Of a DNA stretch of 64,000 nt, positions 1-13,100 are shown piece by piece (positions within the stretch are counted from its first letter, which is position 1; each line of letters starts with the position of its first letter). The position numbers and the translations under genes were made by a program. The notes beneath the pieces were generated by a model, which saw only the letters and a program-made list of their open reading frames with translations, was not told the origin of the DNA and did no database searches. The stretch is from the human T2T-CHM13v2.0 reference genome, Homo sapiens, in NCBI RefSeq assembly GCF_009914755.1, contig NC_060933.1; one strand, written 5' to 3'.

Positions 1-316
1 TATAAAATCTAGACGGAAGCATTCTCAGAAAGTGCTTTGTGATGTTTGCATTCAAGTCACAGAGTTGAATATTCCCTTTTATAGAGCAGGTTTGAAACAC
101 TCTTTCTGCACTACCCGGAAGTGGACATTTGGAGTGCTTTGAGGCCTATGTTGAAAAAGGAAATATCTTCCCATAAAAACTAGACAGAAGCATTCTCAGA
201 AACTTGTTTGTGATGTGTGTATTCAACTAACAGAGATGAACCTTTCTTTTTACAGAGCAGTTTTGAAACACTCTTTTTGTGGAATCTGAAAGTGGATATT
301 TGGATAGCTTTGAGGA

Positions 317-333
317 TTTCGTTGGAAACGGGA
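317..333 (+). other. Canonical CENP-B box in m1 (representative; recurs in m1 and m3 of nearly every tetramer)
   Basis: TTTCGTTGGAAACGGGA matches YTTCGTTGGAARCGGGA. The m3 copy is at 655-671. Confidence 0.97.
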
Positions 334-483
334 TTACATATAAAATCTAGAGAGAAGCATTCTCAGGAACTTCTTTGTGATGTTTGCATTCACGTCACAG
401 AACTGAACATTCCCTTTCATAGAGCATGTTTGAAACACTCTTTCTGTAGTATCTGCAAACGGACATTTCAAACGCTTTCAGGC

Positions 484-500
484 CTATGGTGAGAAAGGAA
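484..500 (+). other. pJalpha/A-box-like motif in A-type monomer m2 (representative)
   Basis: CTATGGTGAGAAAGGAA sits at the position homologous to the CENP-B box and resembles the A-type consensus CTAYGGTGRAAAAGGAA. Confidence 0.8.
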
Positions 501-996
501 ATATCTTCAAGTAAAAACTAGACAGAAGCATTCTCAGAAACTTATTTGCGATGTGTGTCCTCAACTAACAGAGTTGAACCTTTCTTTTGATACAACATTT
601 TGGAAACACTCTTTTTGTAGAATCAGCAAGTGGATATTTGAATAGCTTTGAAGGTTTCGTTGGAAACGGGAATATCTTCATATAAAATCAAGACAGAAGC
701 ATTCTCAGAAACTTCTCTGTGATGTTTGCATTCAACTCATAGAGTTGAACACTTCCCTTCATACAGCAGGTTTGAAACACTCTTTTTGTAATATTTGGAA
801 GTGGACATTTGCAGCGCTTTGAGGCCTATGTTGAAAAAGGAAATATCTTCTCCTAAAAACCAGACAGAAGCATTCTCAGAAACTTCCTTGTGATGTGTGT
901 ACTCAAGTAACAGAGTTGAACCTTCGTTTTGACAGAGCAGTTTTGAAGCACTCTTTTTGTAGAATCTGCAAGTGGATATTTTGATACCTTTGAGGA

Positions 997-1013
997 TTTC
1001 GTTGGACACGGGA
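997..1013 (+). other. Variant CENP-B box in m5, 9 core bases retained (representative)
   Basis: TTTCGTTGGACACGGGA still fits nTTCGnnnnAnnCGGGn. Confidence 0.85.
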
Positions 1014-1166
1014 TATCTTCATATAAAATCTAGACAGAAGCATTCTCAGAAACTTCTTTGTGCTGTATGTCCTCAATTAACAGAGTTGAACCTTTGTGTG
1101 GATACAGCATTTTGGAAACATTCCTTTAGTAGAATCTGCAAGTTGATATTTAGATAGCTAGGAAGA

Positions 1167-1183
1167 TTTCCTTGGAAACGGGA
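1167..1183 (+). other. Inactivated CENP-B box in m6 (representative; seen in every m6 read)
   Basis: TTTCCTTGGAAACGGGA: core TTCG is changed to TTCC. Confidence 0.88.
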
Positions 1184-1382
1184 ATATCTTCATATAAAAT
1201 CTAGACGGAAGCATTCTCAGAAAGTGCTTTGTGATGTTTGCATTCAAGTCACAGAGTTGAATATTCCCTTTTATAGAGCAGGTTTGAAACACTCTTTCTG
1301 CACTACCTGGAAGTGGACATTTGGAGCGCTTTGAGGCCTATGTTGAAAAAGGAAATATCTTCCCATAAAAACTAGACAGAAG

Positions 1383-3934
1383 CATTCTCAGAAACTTGTT
1401 TGTGATGTGTGTATTCAACTAACAGAGATGAACCTTTCTTTTTACAGAGCAGTTTTGAAACACTGTTTTTGTGGAATCTGAAAGTGGATATTTGGATAGC
1501 TTTGAGGATTTCGTTGGAAACGGGATTACATATAAAACCTAGAGAGAAGCATTCTCAGGAACTTCTTTGTGATGTTTGCATTCACGTCACAGAACTGAAC
1601 ATTCCCTTTCATAGAGCATGTTTGAAACACTCTTTCTGTAGTATCTGCAAACGGACATTTCAAACGCTTTCAGGCCTATGGTGAGAAAGGAAATATCTTC
1701 AAGTAAAAACTAGACAGAAGCATTCTCAGAAACTTATTTGCGATGTGTGTCCTCAACTAACAGAGTTGAACCTTTCTTTTGATACAACATTTTGGAAACA
1801 CTCTTTTTGTAGAATCTGCAAGTGGATATTTGAATAGCTTTGAAGGTTTCGTTGGAAACGGGAATATCTTCATATAAAATCAAGACAGAAGCATTCTCAG
1901 AAACTTCTCTTTGATGTTTGCATTCAACTCATAGAGTTGAACACTTCCCTTCATACAGCAGGTTTGAAACACTCTTTTTGTAATATTTGGAAGTGGACAT
2001 TTGCAGCGCTTTGAGGCCTATGATGAAAAAGGTAATATCTTCCCATAAAAACTAGACAGAAGCATTCTCAGAAACTTGTTTGTGATGTGTGTATTCAACT
2101 AACAGAGATGAACCTTTCTTTTTACAGAGCAGTTTTGAAACACTCTTTTTGTGGAATCTGAAAGTGGATATTTGGATAGCTTTGCGGATTTCGTTGGAAA
2201 CGGGATTACATATAAAATCTAGGGAGAAGCATTCTCAGGAACTTCTTTGTGATGTTTGCATTCAAGTCACAGAACTGAACATTCCCTTTCATAGAGCAGG
2301 TTTGAAACACTCTTTCTGTAGTATCTGCAAGCGGACGTTTTAAGCGCTTTCAGGCCTGTGGTGAGAAAGGAAATATCTTCAAATAAAAACTAGACAGAAG
2401 CATTCTCAGAAACTTATTTGCGATGTGTGTCCTCAACTAACAGAGTTGAACCTTTCTTTTGATACAACATTTTGGAAACACTCTTTTTGTAGAATCTGCA
2501 AGTGGATATTTGAATAGCTTTGAAGGTTTCGTTGGAAACGGGAATATCTTCATATAAAATCAAGACAGAAGCATTCTCAGAAACTTCTCTGTGATGTTTG
2601 CATTCAACTCATAGAGTTGAACACTTCCCTTCATACAGCAGGTTTGAAACACTCTTTTTGTAATATTTGGAAGTGGACATTTGCAGCGCTTTGAGGCCTA
2701 TGATGAAAAAGGTAATATCTTCCCATAAAAACTAGACAGAAGCATTCTCAGAAACTTGTTTGTGATGTGTGTATTCAACTAACAGAGATGAACCTTTCTT
2801 TTTACAGAGCAGTTTTGAAACACTCTTTTTGTGGAATCTGAAAGTGGATATTTGGATAGCTTTGCGGATTTCGTTGGAAACGGGATTACATATAAAATCT
2901 AGGGAGAAGCATTCTCAGGAACTTCTTTGTGATGTTTGCATTCAAGTCACAGAACTGAACATTCCCTTTCATAGAGCAGGTTTGAAACACTCTTTCTGTA
3001 GTATCTGCAAGCGGACGTTTTAAGCGCTTTCAGGCCTGTGGTGAGAAAGGAAATATCTTCAAATAAAAACTAGACAGAAGCATTCTCAGAAACTTATTTG
3101 CGATGTGTGTCCTCAACTAACAGAGTTGAACCTTTCTTTTGATACAACATTTTGGAAACACTCTTTTTGTAGAATCTGCAAGTGGATATTTGGATAGCTT
3201 TGAAGGTTTCGTTGGAAACGGGAATATCTTCATATGAAATCAAGACAGAAGCATTCTCAGAAACTTCTCTGTGATGTTTGCATTCAACTCATAGAGTTGA
3301 ACACTTCCCTTCATACAGCAGGTTTGAAACACTCTTTTTCTAATATTTGGAAGTGGACATTTGCTGCGCTTTGAGGCCTATGTTGAAAAAGGAAATATCT
3401 TCTCCTAAAAACCAGACAGAAGCATTCTCAGAAACTTCCTTGTGATGTGTGTACTCAAGTAACAGAGTTGAACCTTCCTTTTGACAGAGCAGTTTTGAAG
3501 CACTCTTTTTGTAGAATCTGCAAGTGGATATTTTGATACCTTTGAGGATTTCGTTGGACACGGGATATCTTCATATAAAATCTAGACAGAAGCATTCTCA
3601 GAAACTTCTTTGTGCTGTATGTCCTCAATTAACAGAGTTGAACCTTTGTGTGGATACAGCATTTTGGAAACATTCCTTTAGTAGAATCTGCAAGTTGATA
3701 TTTAGATAGCTAGGAAGATTTCCTTGGAAACGGGAATATCTTCATATAAAATCTAGACGGAAGCATTCTCAGAAAGTGCTTTGTGATGTTTGCATTCAAG
3801 TCACAGAGTTGAATATTCCCTTTTATAGAGCAGGTTTGAAACACTCTTTCTGCACTACCTGGAAGTGGACATTTGGAGCGCTTTGAGGCCTATGTTGAAA
3901 AAGGAAATATCTTCCCATAAAAACTAGACAGAAG
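1383..3934 (+). repeat. Non-canonical 15-mer HOR (A/B hybrid-C-C-T), 2552 bp
   Basis: The first tetramer has the A marker AAACCTAG followed by B markers CATTCACGTC and AGCATGTTT. Two C tetramers follow (TTTGCGGAT, CTAGGGAG, GTTTTAAG). Confidence 0.9.
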
Positions 3935-6900
3935 CATTCTCAGAAACTTGTTTGTGATGTGTGTATTCAACTAACAGAGATGAACCTTTCTTTTTACAGA
4001 GCAGTTTTGAAACACTGTTTTTGTGGAATCTGAAAGTGGATATTTGGATAGCTTTGAGGATTTCGTTGGAAACGGGATTACATATAAAACCTAGAGAGAA
4101 GCATTCTCAGGAACTTCTTTGTGATGTTTGCCTTCAAGTCACAGGACTGAACATTCCCTTTCATAGAGCAGGTTTGAAACACTCTTTCTGTAGTATCTGC
4201 AAGCTGACGTTTCAAGCGCTTTCAGGCCTATGGTGAGAAAGGAAATATCTTCAAGTAAAAACTAGACAGAAGCATTCTCAGAAACTTATTTGCCATGTGT
4301 GTTCTCAACTAACAGAGTTGAACCTTTGTTTTGATACGGCATTTTGGAAACACTCTTTTTGTAGAATCTGCAGGTGGATATTCGGATAGCTTTGAAGGTT
4401 TCGTTGGAAACGGGAATATCTTCATATAAAATCTAGACGGAAGCATTCTCAGAAACTGCTTTGTGATGTTTTCATTCAAGTCACAGAGTAGAATGTTCCC
4501 TGTTATATACCAGGTTTGAGACACTCTTTCTGCACTACCTGGAAGTGGACGTTTGGAGCGCTTTGAGGCCTATGTTGAAAAAGGAAATATCTTCCCATAA
4601 AAACTAGACAGAAGCATTCTCAGAAACTTGTTTGTGATGTGTGTATTCAACTAACAGAGATGAACCTTTCTTTTTACAGAGCAGTTTTGAAACACTCTTT
4701 TTGTGGAATCTGAAAGTGGATATTTGGATAGCTTTGAGGATTTCGTTGGAAACGGGATTACATATAAAATCTAGAGAGAAGCATTCTCAGGAACTTCTTT
4801 GTGATGTTTGCATTCACGTCACAGAACTGAACATTCCCTTTCATAGAGCATGTTTGAAACACTCTTTCTGTAGTATCTGCAAACGGACATTTCAAACGCT
4901 TTCAGGCCTATGGTGAGAAAGGAAATATCTTCAAGTAAAAACTAGACAGAAGCATTCTCAGAAACTTATTTGCGATGTGTGTCCTCAACTAACAGAGTTG
5001 AACCTTTCTTTTGATACAACATTTTGGAAACACTCTTTTTGTAGAATCAGCAAGTGGATATTTGAATAGCTTTGAAGGTTTCGTTGGAAACGGGAATATC
5101 TTCATATAAAATCAAGACAGAAGCATTCTCAGAAACTTCTCTGTGATGTTTGCATTCAACTCATAGAGTTGAACACTTCCCTTCATACAGCAGGGTTGAA
5201 ACACTCTTTTTGTAATATTTGGAAGTGGACATTTGCAGCGCTTTGAGGCCTATGATGAAAAAGGTAATATCTTCCCATAAAAACTAGACAGAAGCATTCT
5301 CAGAAACTTGTTTGTGATGTGTGTATTCAACTAACAGAGATGAACCTTTCTTTTTACAGAGCAGTTTTGAAACACTCTTTTTGTGGAATCTGAAAGTGGA
5401 TATTTGGATAGCTTTGCGGATTTCGTTGGAAACGGGATTACATATAAAATCTAGGGAGAAGCATTCTCAGGAACTTCTTTGTGATGTTTGCATTCAAGTC
5501 ACAGAACTGAACATTCCCTTTCATAGAGCAGGTTTGAAACACTCTTTCTGTAGTATCTGCAAGCGGACGTTTTAAGCGCTTTCAGGCCTGTGGTGAGAAA
5601 GGAAATATCTTCAAATAAAAACTAGACAGAAGCATTCTCAGAAACTTATTTGCGATGTGTGTCCTCAACTAACAGAGTTGAACCTTTCTTTTGATACAAC
5701 ATTTTGGAAACACTCTTTTTGTAGAATCTGCAAGTGGATATTTGAATAGCTTTGAAGGTTTCGTTGGAAACGGGAATATCTTCATATAAAATCAAGACAG
5801 AAGCATTCTCAGAAACTTCTCTGTGATGTTTGCATTCAACTCATAGAGTTGAACACTTCCCTTCATACAGCAGGTTTGAAACACTCTTTTTGTAATATTT
5901 GGAAGTGGACATTTGCAGCGCTTTGAGGCCTATGATGAAAAAGGTAATATCTTCCCATAAAAACTAGACAGAAGCATTCTCAGAAACTTGTTTGTGATGT
6001 GTGTATTCAACTAACAGAGATGAACCTTTCTTTTTACAGAGCAGTTTTGAAACACTCTTTTTGTGGAATCTGAAAGTGGATATTTGGATAGCTTTGCGGA
6101 TTTCGTTGGAAACGGGATTACATATAAAATCTAGGGAGAAGCATTCTCAGGAACTTCTTTGTGATGTTTGCATTCAAGTCACAGAACTGAACATTCCCTT
6201 TCATAGAGCAGGTTTGAAACACTCTTTCTGTAGTATCTGCAAGCGGACGTTTTAAGCGCTTTCAGGCCTGTGGTGAGAAAGGAAATATCTTCAAATAAAA
6301 ACTAGACAGAAGCATTCTCAGAAACTTATTTGCGATGTGTGTCCTCAACTAACAGAGTTGAACCTTTCTTTTGATACAACATTTTGGAAACACTCTTTTT
6401 GTAGAATCTGCAAGTGGATATTTGGATAGCTTTGAAGGTTTCGTTGGAAACGGGAATATCTTCATATGAAATCAAGACAGAAGCATTCTCAGAAACTTCT
6501 CTGTGATGTTTGCATTCAACTCATAGAGTTGAACACTTCCCTTCATACAGCAGGTTTGAAACACTCTTTTTCTAATATTTGGAAGTGGACATTTGCAGCG
6601 CTTTGAGGCCTATGTTGAAAAAGGAAATATCTTCTCCTAAAAACCAGACAGAAGCATTCTCAGAAACTTCCTTGTGATGTGTGTACTCAAGTAACAGAGT
6701 TGAACCTTCCTTTTGACAGAGCAGTTTTGAAGCACTCTTTTTGTAGAATCTGCAAGTGGATATTTTGATACCTTTGAGGATTTCGTTGGACACGGGATAT
6801 CTTCATATAAAATCTAGACAGAAGCATTCTCAGAAACTTCTTTGTGCTGTATGTCCTCAATTAACAGAGTTGAACCTTTGTGTGGATACAGCATTTTGGA

Positions 6901-7166
6901 AACATTCCTTTAGTAGAATCTGCAAGTTGATATTTAGATAGCTAGGAAGATTTCCTTGGAAACGGGAATATCTTCATATAAAATCTAGACGGAAGCATTC
7001 TCAGAAAGTGCTTTGTGATGTTTGCATTCAAGTCACAGAGTTGAATATTCCCTTTTATAGAGCAGGTTTGAAACACTCTTTCTGCACTACCTGGAAGTGG
7101 ACATTTGGAGCGCTTTGAGGCCTATGTTGAAAAACGAAATATCTTCCCATAAAAACTAGACAGAAG
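3935..7166 (+). repeat. 19-mer HOR variant (A-B-C-C-T), 3232 bp
   Basis: m1 ORFs at 3961, 4641, 5321 and 6001; the next unit is at 7193. Confidence 0.92.
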
Positions 7167-10100
7167 CATTCTCAGAAACTTGTTTGTGATGTGTGTATTC
7201 AACTAACAGAGATGAACCTTTCTTTTTACAGAGCAGTTTTGAAACACTCTTTTTGTGGAATCTGAAAGTGGATATTTGGATAGCTTTGAGGATTTCGTTG
7301 GAAACGGGATTACATATAAAACCTAGAGAGAAGCATTCTCAGGAACTTCTTTGTGATGTTTGCCTTCAAGTCACAGGACTGAACATTCCCTTTCATAGAG
7401 CAGGTTTGAAACACTCTTTCTGTAGTATCTGCAAGCTGACGTTTCAAGCGCTTTCAGGCCTATGGTGAGAAAGGAAATATCTTCAAGTAAAAACTAGACA
7501 GAAGCATTCTCAGAAACTTATTTGCCATGTGTGTTCTCAACTAACAGAGTTGAACCTTTGTTTTGATACGGCATTTTGGAAACACTCTTTTTGTAGAATC
7601 TGCAGGTGGATATTCGGATAGCTTTGAAGGTTTCGTTGGAAACGGGAATATCTTCATATAAAATCTAGACGGAAGCATTCTCAGAAACTGCTTTGTGATG
7701 TTTTCATTCAAGTCACAGAGTAGAATGTTCCCTGTTATATACCAGGTTTGAGACACTCTTTCTGCACTACCCGGAAGTGGACGTTTGGAGCGCTTTGAGG
7801 CCTATGTTGAAAAAGGAAATATCTTCCCATAAAAACTAGACAGAAGCATTCTCAGAAACTTGTTTGTGATGTGTGTATTCAACTAACAGAGATGAACCTT
7901 TCTTTTTACAGAGCAGTTTTGAAACACTCTTTTTGTGGAATCTGAAAGTGGATATTTGGATAGCTTTGAGGATTTCGTTGGAAACGGGATTACATATAAA
8001 ATCTAGAGAGAAGCATTCTCAGGAACTTCTTTGTGATGTTTGCATTCACGTCACAGAACTGAACATTCCCTTTCATAGAGCATGTTTGAAACACTCTTTC
8101 TGTAGTATCTGCAAACGGACATTTCAAACGCTTTCAGGCCTATGGTGAGAAAGGAAATATCTTCAAGTAAAAACTAGACAGAAGCATTCTCAGAAACTTA
8201 TTTGCGATGTGTGTCCTCAACTAACAGAGTTGAACCTTTCTTTTGATACAACATTTTGGAAACACTCTTTTTGTAGAATCAGCAAGTGGATATTTGAATA
8301 GCTTTGAAGGTTTCGTTGGAAACGGGAATATCTTCATATAAAATCAAGACAGAAGCATTCTCAGAAACTTCTCTGTGATGTTTGCATTCAACTCATAGAG
8401 TTGAACACTTCCCTTCATACAGCAGGTTTGAAACACTCTTTTTGTAATATTTGGAAGTGGACATTTGCAGCGCTTTGAGGCCTATGATGAAAAAGGTAAT
8501 ATCTTCCCATAAAAACTAGACAGAAGCATTCTCAGAAACTTGTTTGTGATGTGTGTATTCAACTAACAGAGATGAACCTTTCTTTTTACAGAGCAGTTTT
8601 GAAACACTCTTTTTGTGGAATCTGAAAGTGGATATTTGGATAGCTTTGCGGATTTCGTTGGAAACGGGATTACATATAAAATCTAGGGAGAAGCATTCTC
8701 AGGAACTTCTTTGTGATGTTTGCATTCAAGTCACAGAACTGAACATTCCCTTTCATAGAGCAGGTTTGAAACACTCTTTCTGTAGTATCTGCAAGCGGAC
8801 GTTTTAAGCGCTTTCAGGCCTGTGGTGAGAAAGGAAATATCTTCAAATAAAAACTAGACAGAAGCATTCTCAGAAACTTATTTGCGATGTGTGTCCTCAA
8901 CTAACAGAGTTGAACCTTTCTTTTGATACAACATTTTGGAAACACTCTTTTTGTAGAATCTGCAAGTGGATATTTGGATAGCTTTGAAGGTTTCGTTGGA
9001 AACGGGAATATCTTCATATGAAATCAAGACAGAAGCATTCTCAGAAACTTCTCTGTGATGTTTGCATTCAACTCATAGAGTTGAACACTTCCCTTCATAC
9101 AGCAGGTTTGAAACACTCTTTTTCTAATATTTGGAAGTGGACATTTGCAGCGCTTTGAGGCCTATGTTGAAAAAGGAAATATCTTCTCCTAAAAACCAGA
9201 CAGAAGCATTCTCAGAAACTTCCTTGTGATGTGTGTACTCAAGTAACAGAGTTGAACCTTCCTTTTGACAGAGCAGTTTTGAAGCACTCTTTTTGTAGAA
9301 TCTGCAAGTGGATATTTTGATACCTTTGAGGATTTCGTTGGACACGGGATATCTTCATATAAAATCTAGACAGAAGCATTCTCAGAAACTTCTTTGTGCT
9401 GTATGTCCTCAATTAACAGAGTTGAACCTTTGTGTGGATACAGCATTTTGGAAACATTCCTTTAGTAGAATCTGCAAGTTGATATTTAGATAGCTAGGAA
9501 GATTTCCTTGGAAACGGGAATATCTTCATATAAAATCTAGACGGAAGCATTCGCAGAAAGTACTTTGTGATGTTTGCATTCAAGTCACAGAGTTGAATAT
9601 TCCCTTTTATAGAGCAGGTTTGAAACACTCTTTCTGCACTACCTGGAAGTGGACATTTGGAGCGCTTTGAGGCCTATGTTGAAAAACGAAATATCTTCCC
9701 ATAAAAACTAGACAGAAGCATTCTCAGAAACTTGTTTGTGATGTGTGTATTCAACTAACAGAGATGAACCTTTCTTTTTACAGAGCAGTTTTGAAACACT
9801 CTTTTTGTGGAATCTGAAAGTGGATATTTGGATAGCTTTGAGGATTTCGTTGGAAACGGGATTACATATAAAACCTAGAGAGAAGCATTCTCAGGAACTT
9901 CTTTGTGATGTTTGCCTTCAAGTCACAGGACTGAACATTCCCTTTCATAGAGCAGGTTTGAAACACTCTTTCTGTAGTATCTGCAAGCTGACGTTTCAAG
10001 CGCTTTCAGGCCTATGGTGAGAAAGGAAATATCTTCAAGTAAAAACTAGACAGAAGCATTCTCAGAAACTTATTTGCCATGTGTGTTCTCAACTAACAGA

Positions 10101-13100
10101 GTTGAACCTTTGTTTTGATACGGCATTTTGGAAACACTCTTTTTGTAGAATCTGCAGGTGGATATTCGGATAGCTTTGAAGGTTTCGTTGGAAACGGGAA
10201 TATCTTCATATAAAATCTAGACGGAAGCATTCTCAGAAACTGCTTTGTGATGTTTTCATTCAAGTCACAGAGTAGAATGTTCCCTGTTATATACCAGGTT
10301 TGAGACACTCTTTCTGCACTACCCGGAAGTGGACGTTTGGAGCGCTTTGAGGCCTATGTTGAAAAAGGAAATATCTTCCCATAAAAACTAGACAGAAGCA
10401 TTCTCAGAAACTTGTTTGTGATGTGTGTATTCAACTAACAGAGATGAACCTTTCTTTTTACAGAGCAGTTTTGAAACACTCTTTTTGTGGAATCTGAAAG
10501 TGGATATTTGGATGGCTTTGAGGATTTCGTTGGAAACGGGATTACATATAAAATCTAGAGAGAAGCATTCTCAGGAACTTCTTTGTGATGTTTGCATTCA
10601 CGTCACAGAACTGAACATTCCCTTTCATAGAGCATGTTTGAAACACTCTTTCTGTAGTATCTGCAAACGGACATTTCAAACGCTTTCAGGCCTATGGTGA
10701 GAAAGGAAATATCTTCAAGTAAAAACTAGACAGAAGCATTCTCAGAAACTTATTTGCGATGTGTGTCCTCAACTAACAGAGTTGAACCTTTCTTTTGATA
10801 CAACATTTTGGAAACACTCTTTTTGTAGAATCTGCAAGTGGATATTTGAATAGCTTTGAAGGTTTCGTTGGAAACGGGAATATCTTCATATAAAATCAAG
10901 ACAGAAGCATTCTCAGAAACTTCTCTGTGATGTTTGCATTCAACTCATAGAGTTGAACACTTCCCTTCATACAGCAGGTTTGAAACACTCTTTTTGTAAT
11001 ATTTGGAAGTGGACATTTGCAGCGCTTTGAGGCCTATGATGAAAAAGGAAATATCTTCCCATAAAAACTAGACAGAAGCATTCTCAGAAACTTGTTTGTG
11101 ATGTGTGTATTCAACTAACAGAGATGAACCTTTCTTTTTACAGAGCAGTTTTGAAACACTCTTTTTGTGGAATCTGAAAGTGGATATTTGGATAGCTTTG
11201 CGGATTTCGTTGGAAACGGGATTACATATAAAATCTAGGGTGAAGCATTCTCAGGAACTTCTTTGTGATGTTTGCATTCAAGTCACAGAACTGAACATTC
11301 CCTTTCATAGAGCAGGTTTGAAACACCCTTTCTGTAGTATCTGCAAGCGGACGTTTTAAGCGCTTTCAGGCCTGTGGTGAGAAAGGAAATATCTTCAAAT
11401 AAAAACTAGACAGAAGCATTCTCAGAAACGTATTTGCGATGTGTGTCCTCAACTAACAGAGTTGAACCTTTCTTTTGATACAACATTTTGGAAACACTCT
11501 TTTTGTAGAATCTGCAAGTGGATATTTGGATAGCTTTGAAGGTTTCGTTGGAAACGGGAATATCTTCATATGAAATCAAGACAGAAGCATTCTCAGAAAC
11601 TTCTCTGTGATGTTTGCATTCAACTCATAGAGTTGAACACTTCCCTTCATACAGCAGGTTTGAAACACTCTTTTTCTAATATTTGGAAGTGGACATTTGC
11701 AGCGCTTTGAGGCCTATGTTGAAAAAGGAAATATCTTCTCCTAAAAACCAGACAGAAGCATTCTCAGAAACTTCCTTGTGATGTGTGTACTCAAGTAACA
11801 GAGTTGAACCTTCGTTTTGACAGAGCAGTTTTGAAGCACTCTTTTTGTAGAATCTGCAAGTGGATATTTTGATACCTTTGAGGATTTCGTTGGACACGGG
11901 ATATCTTCATATAAAATCTAGACAGAAGCATTCTCAGAAACTTCTTTGTGCTGTATGTCCTCAATTAACAGAGTTGAACCTTTGTGTGGATACAGCATTT
12001 TGGAAACATTCCTTTAGTAGAATCTGCAAGTTGATATTTAGATAGCTAGGAAGATTTCCTTGGAAACGGGAATATCTTCATATAAAATCTAGACGGAAGC
12101 ATTCTCAGAAAGTGCTTTGTGATGTTTGCATTCAAGTCACAGAGTTGAATATTCCCTTTTATAGAGCAGGTTTGAAACACTCTTTCTGCACTACCTGGAA
12201 GTGGACATTTGGAGCGCTTTGAGGCCTATGTTGAAAAAGGAAATATCTTCCCATAAAAACTAGACAGAAGCATTCTCAGAAACTTGTTTGTGATGTGTGT
12301 ATTCAACTAACAGAGATGAACCTTTCTTTTTACAGAGCAGTTTTGAAACACTCTTTTTGTGGAATCTGAAAGTGGATATTTGGATAGCTTTGAGGATTTC
12401 GTTGGAAACGGGATTACATATAAAACCTAGAGAGAAGCATTCTCAGGAACTTCTTTGTGATGTTTGCATTCACGTCACAGAACTGAACATTCCCTTTCAT
12501 AGAGCATGTTTGAAACACTCTTTCTGTAGTATCTGCAAACGGACATTTCAAACGCTTTCAGGCCTATGGTGAGAAAGGAAATATCTTCAAGTAAAAACTA
12601 GACAGAAGCATTCTCAGAAACTTATTTGCGATGTGTGTCCTCAACTAACAGAGTTGAACCTTTCTTTTGATACAACATTTTGGAAACACTCTTTTTGTAG
12701 AATCTGCAAGTGGATATTTGAATAGCTTTGAAGGTTTCGTTGGAAACGGGAATATCTTCATATAAAATCAAGACAGAAGCATTCTCAGAAACTTCTCTTT
12801 GATGTTTGCATTCAACTCATAGAGTTGAACACTTCCCTTCATACAGCAGGTTTGAAACACTCTTTTTGTAATATTTGGAAGTGGACATTTGCAGCGCTTT
12901 GAGGCCTATGATGAAAAAGGTAATATCTTCCCATAAAAACTAGACAGAAGCATTCTCAGAAACTTGTTTGTGATGTGTGTATTCAACTAACAGAGATGAA
13001 CCTTTCTTTTTACAGAGCAGTTTTGAAACACTCTTTTTGTGGAATCTGAAAGTGGATATTTGGATAGCTTTGCGGATTTCGTTGGAAACGGGATTACATA

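Larger units (their letters stand above)
191..1382 (+). repeat. 7-mer HOR variant (B+T), 1192 bp; defines monomers m1-m7
   Basis: Monomers start at 191, 358, 529, 700, 871, 1041, 1212 and the next unit at 1383, giving lengths 167, 171, 171, 171, 170, 171, 171. The m1-ORF spacing 217->1409 is 1192. Confidence 0.93.

Noticed and set aside
335-350. TATAAAA TATA-box-like motifs after CENP-B boxes as promoters
   Set aside because: They are part of the ordinary monomer consensus. Alpha-satellite transcription is known, but no promoter or defined ncRNA can be supported from sequence alone.
3935-7166. Assignment to chr4 D4Z1 on the basis of a 3232-bp 19-mer and MspI sites
   Set aside because: The 19-mers here are rare and are made by duplicating a tetramer, so only about 7-8 distinct monomer classes exist. 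That fits my recollection of the chr9 array better. It cannot be excluded without alignment.
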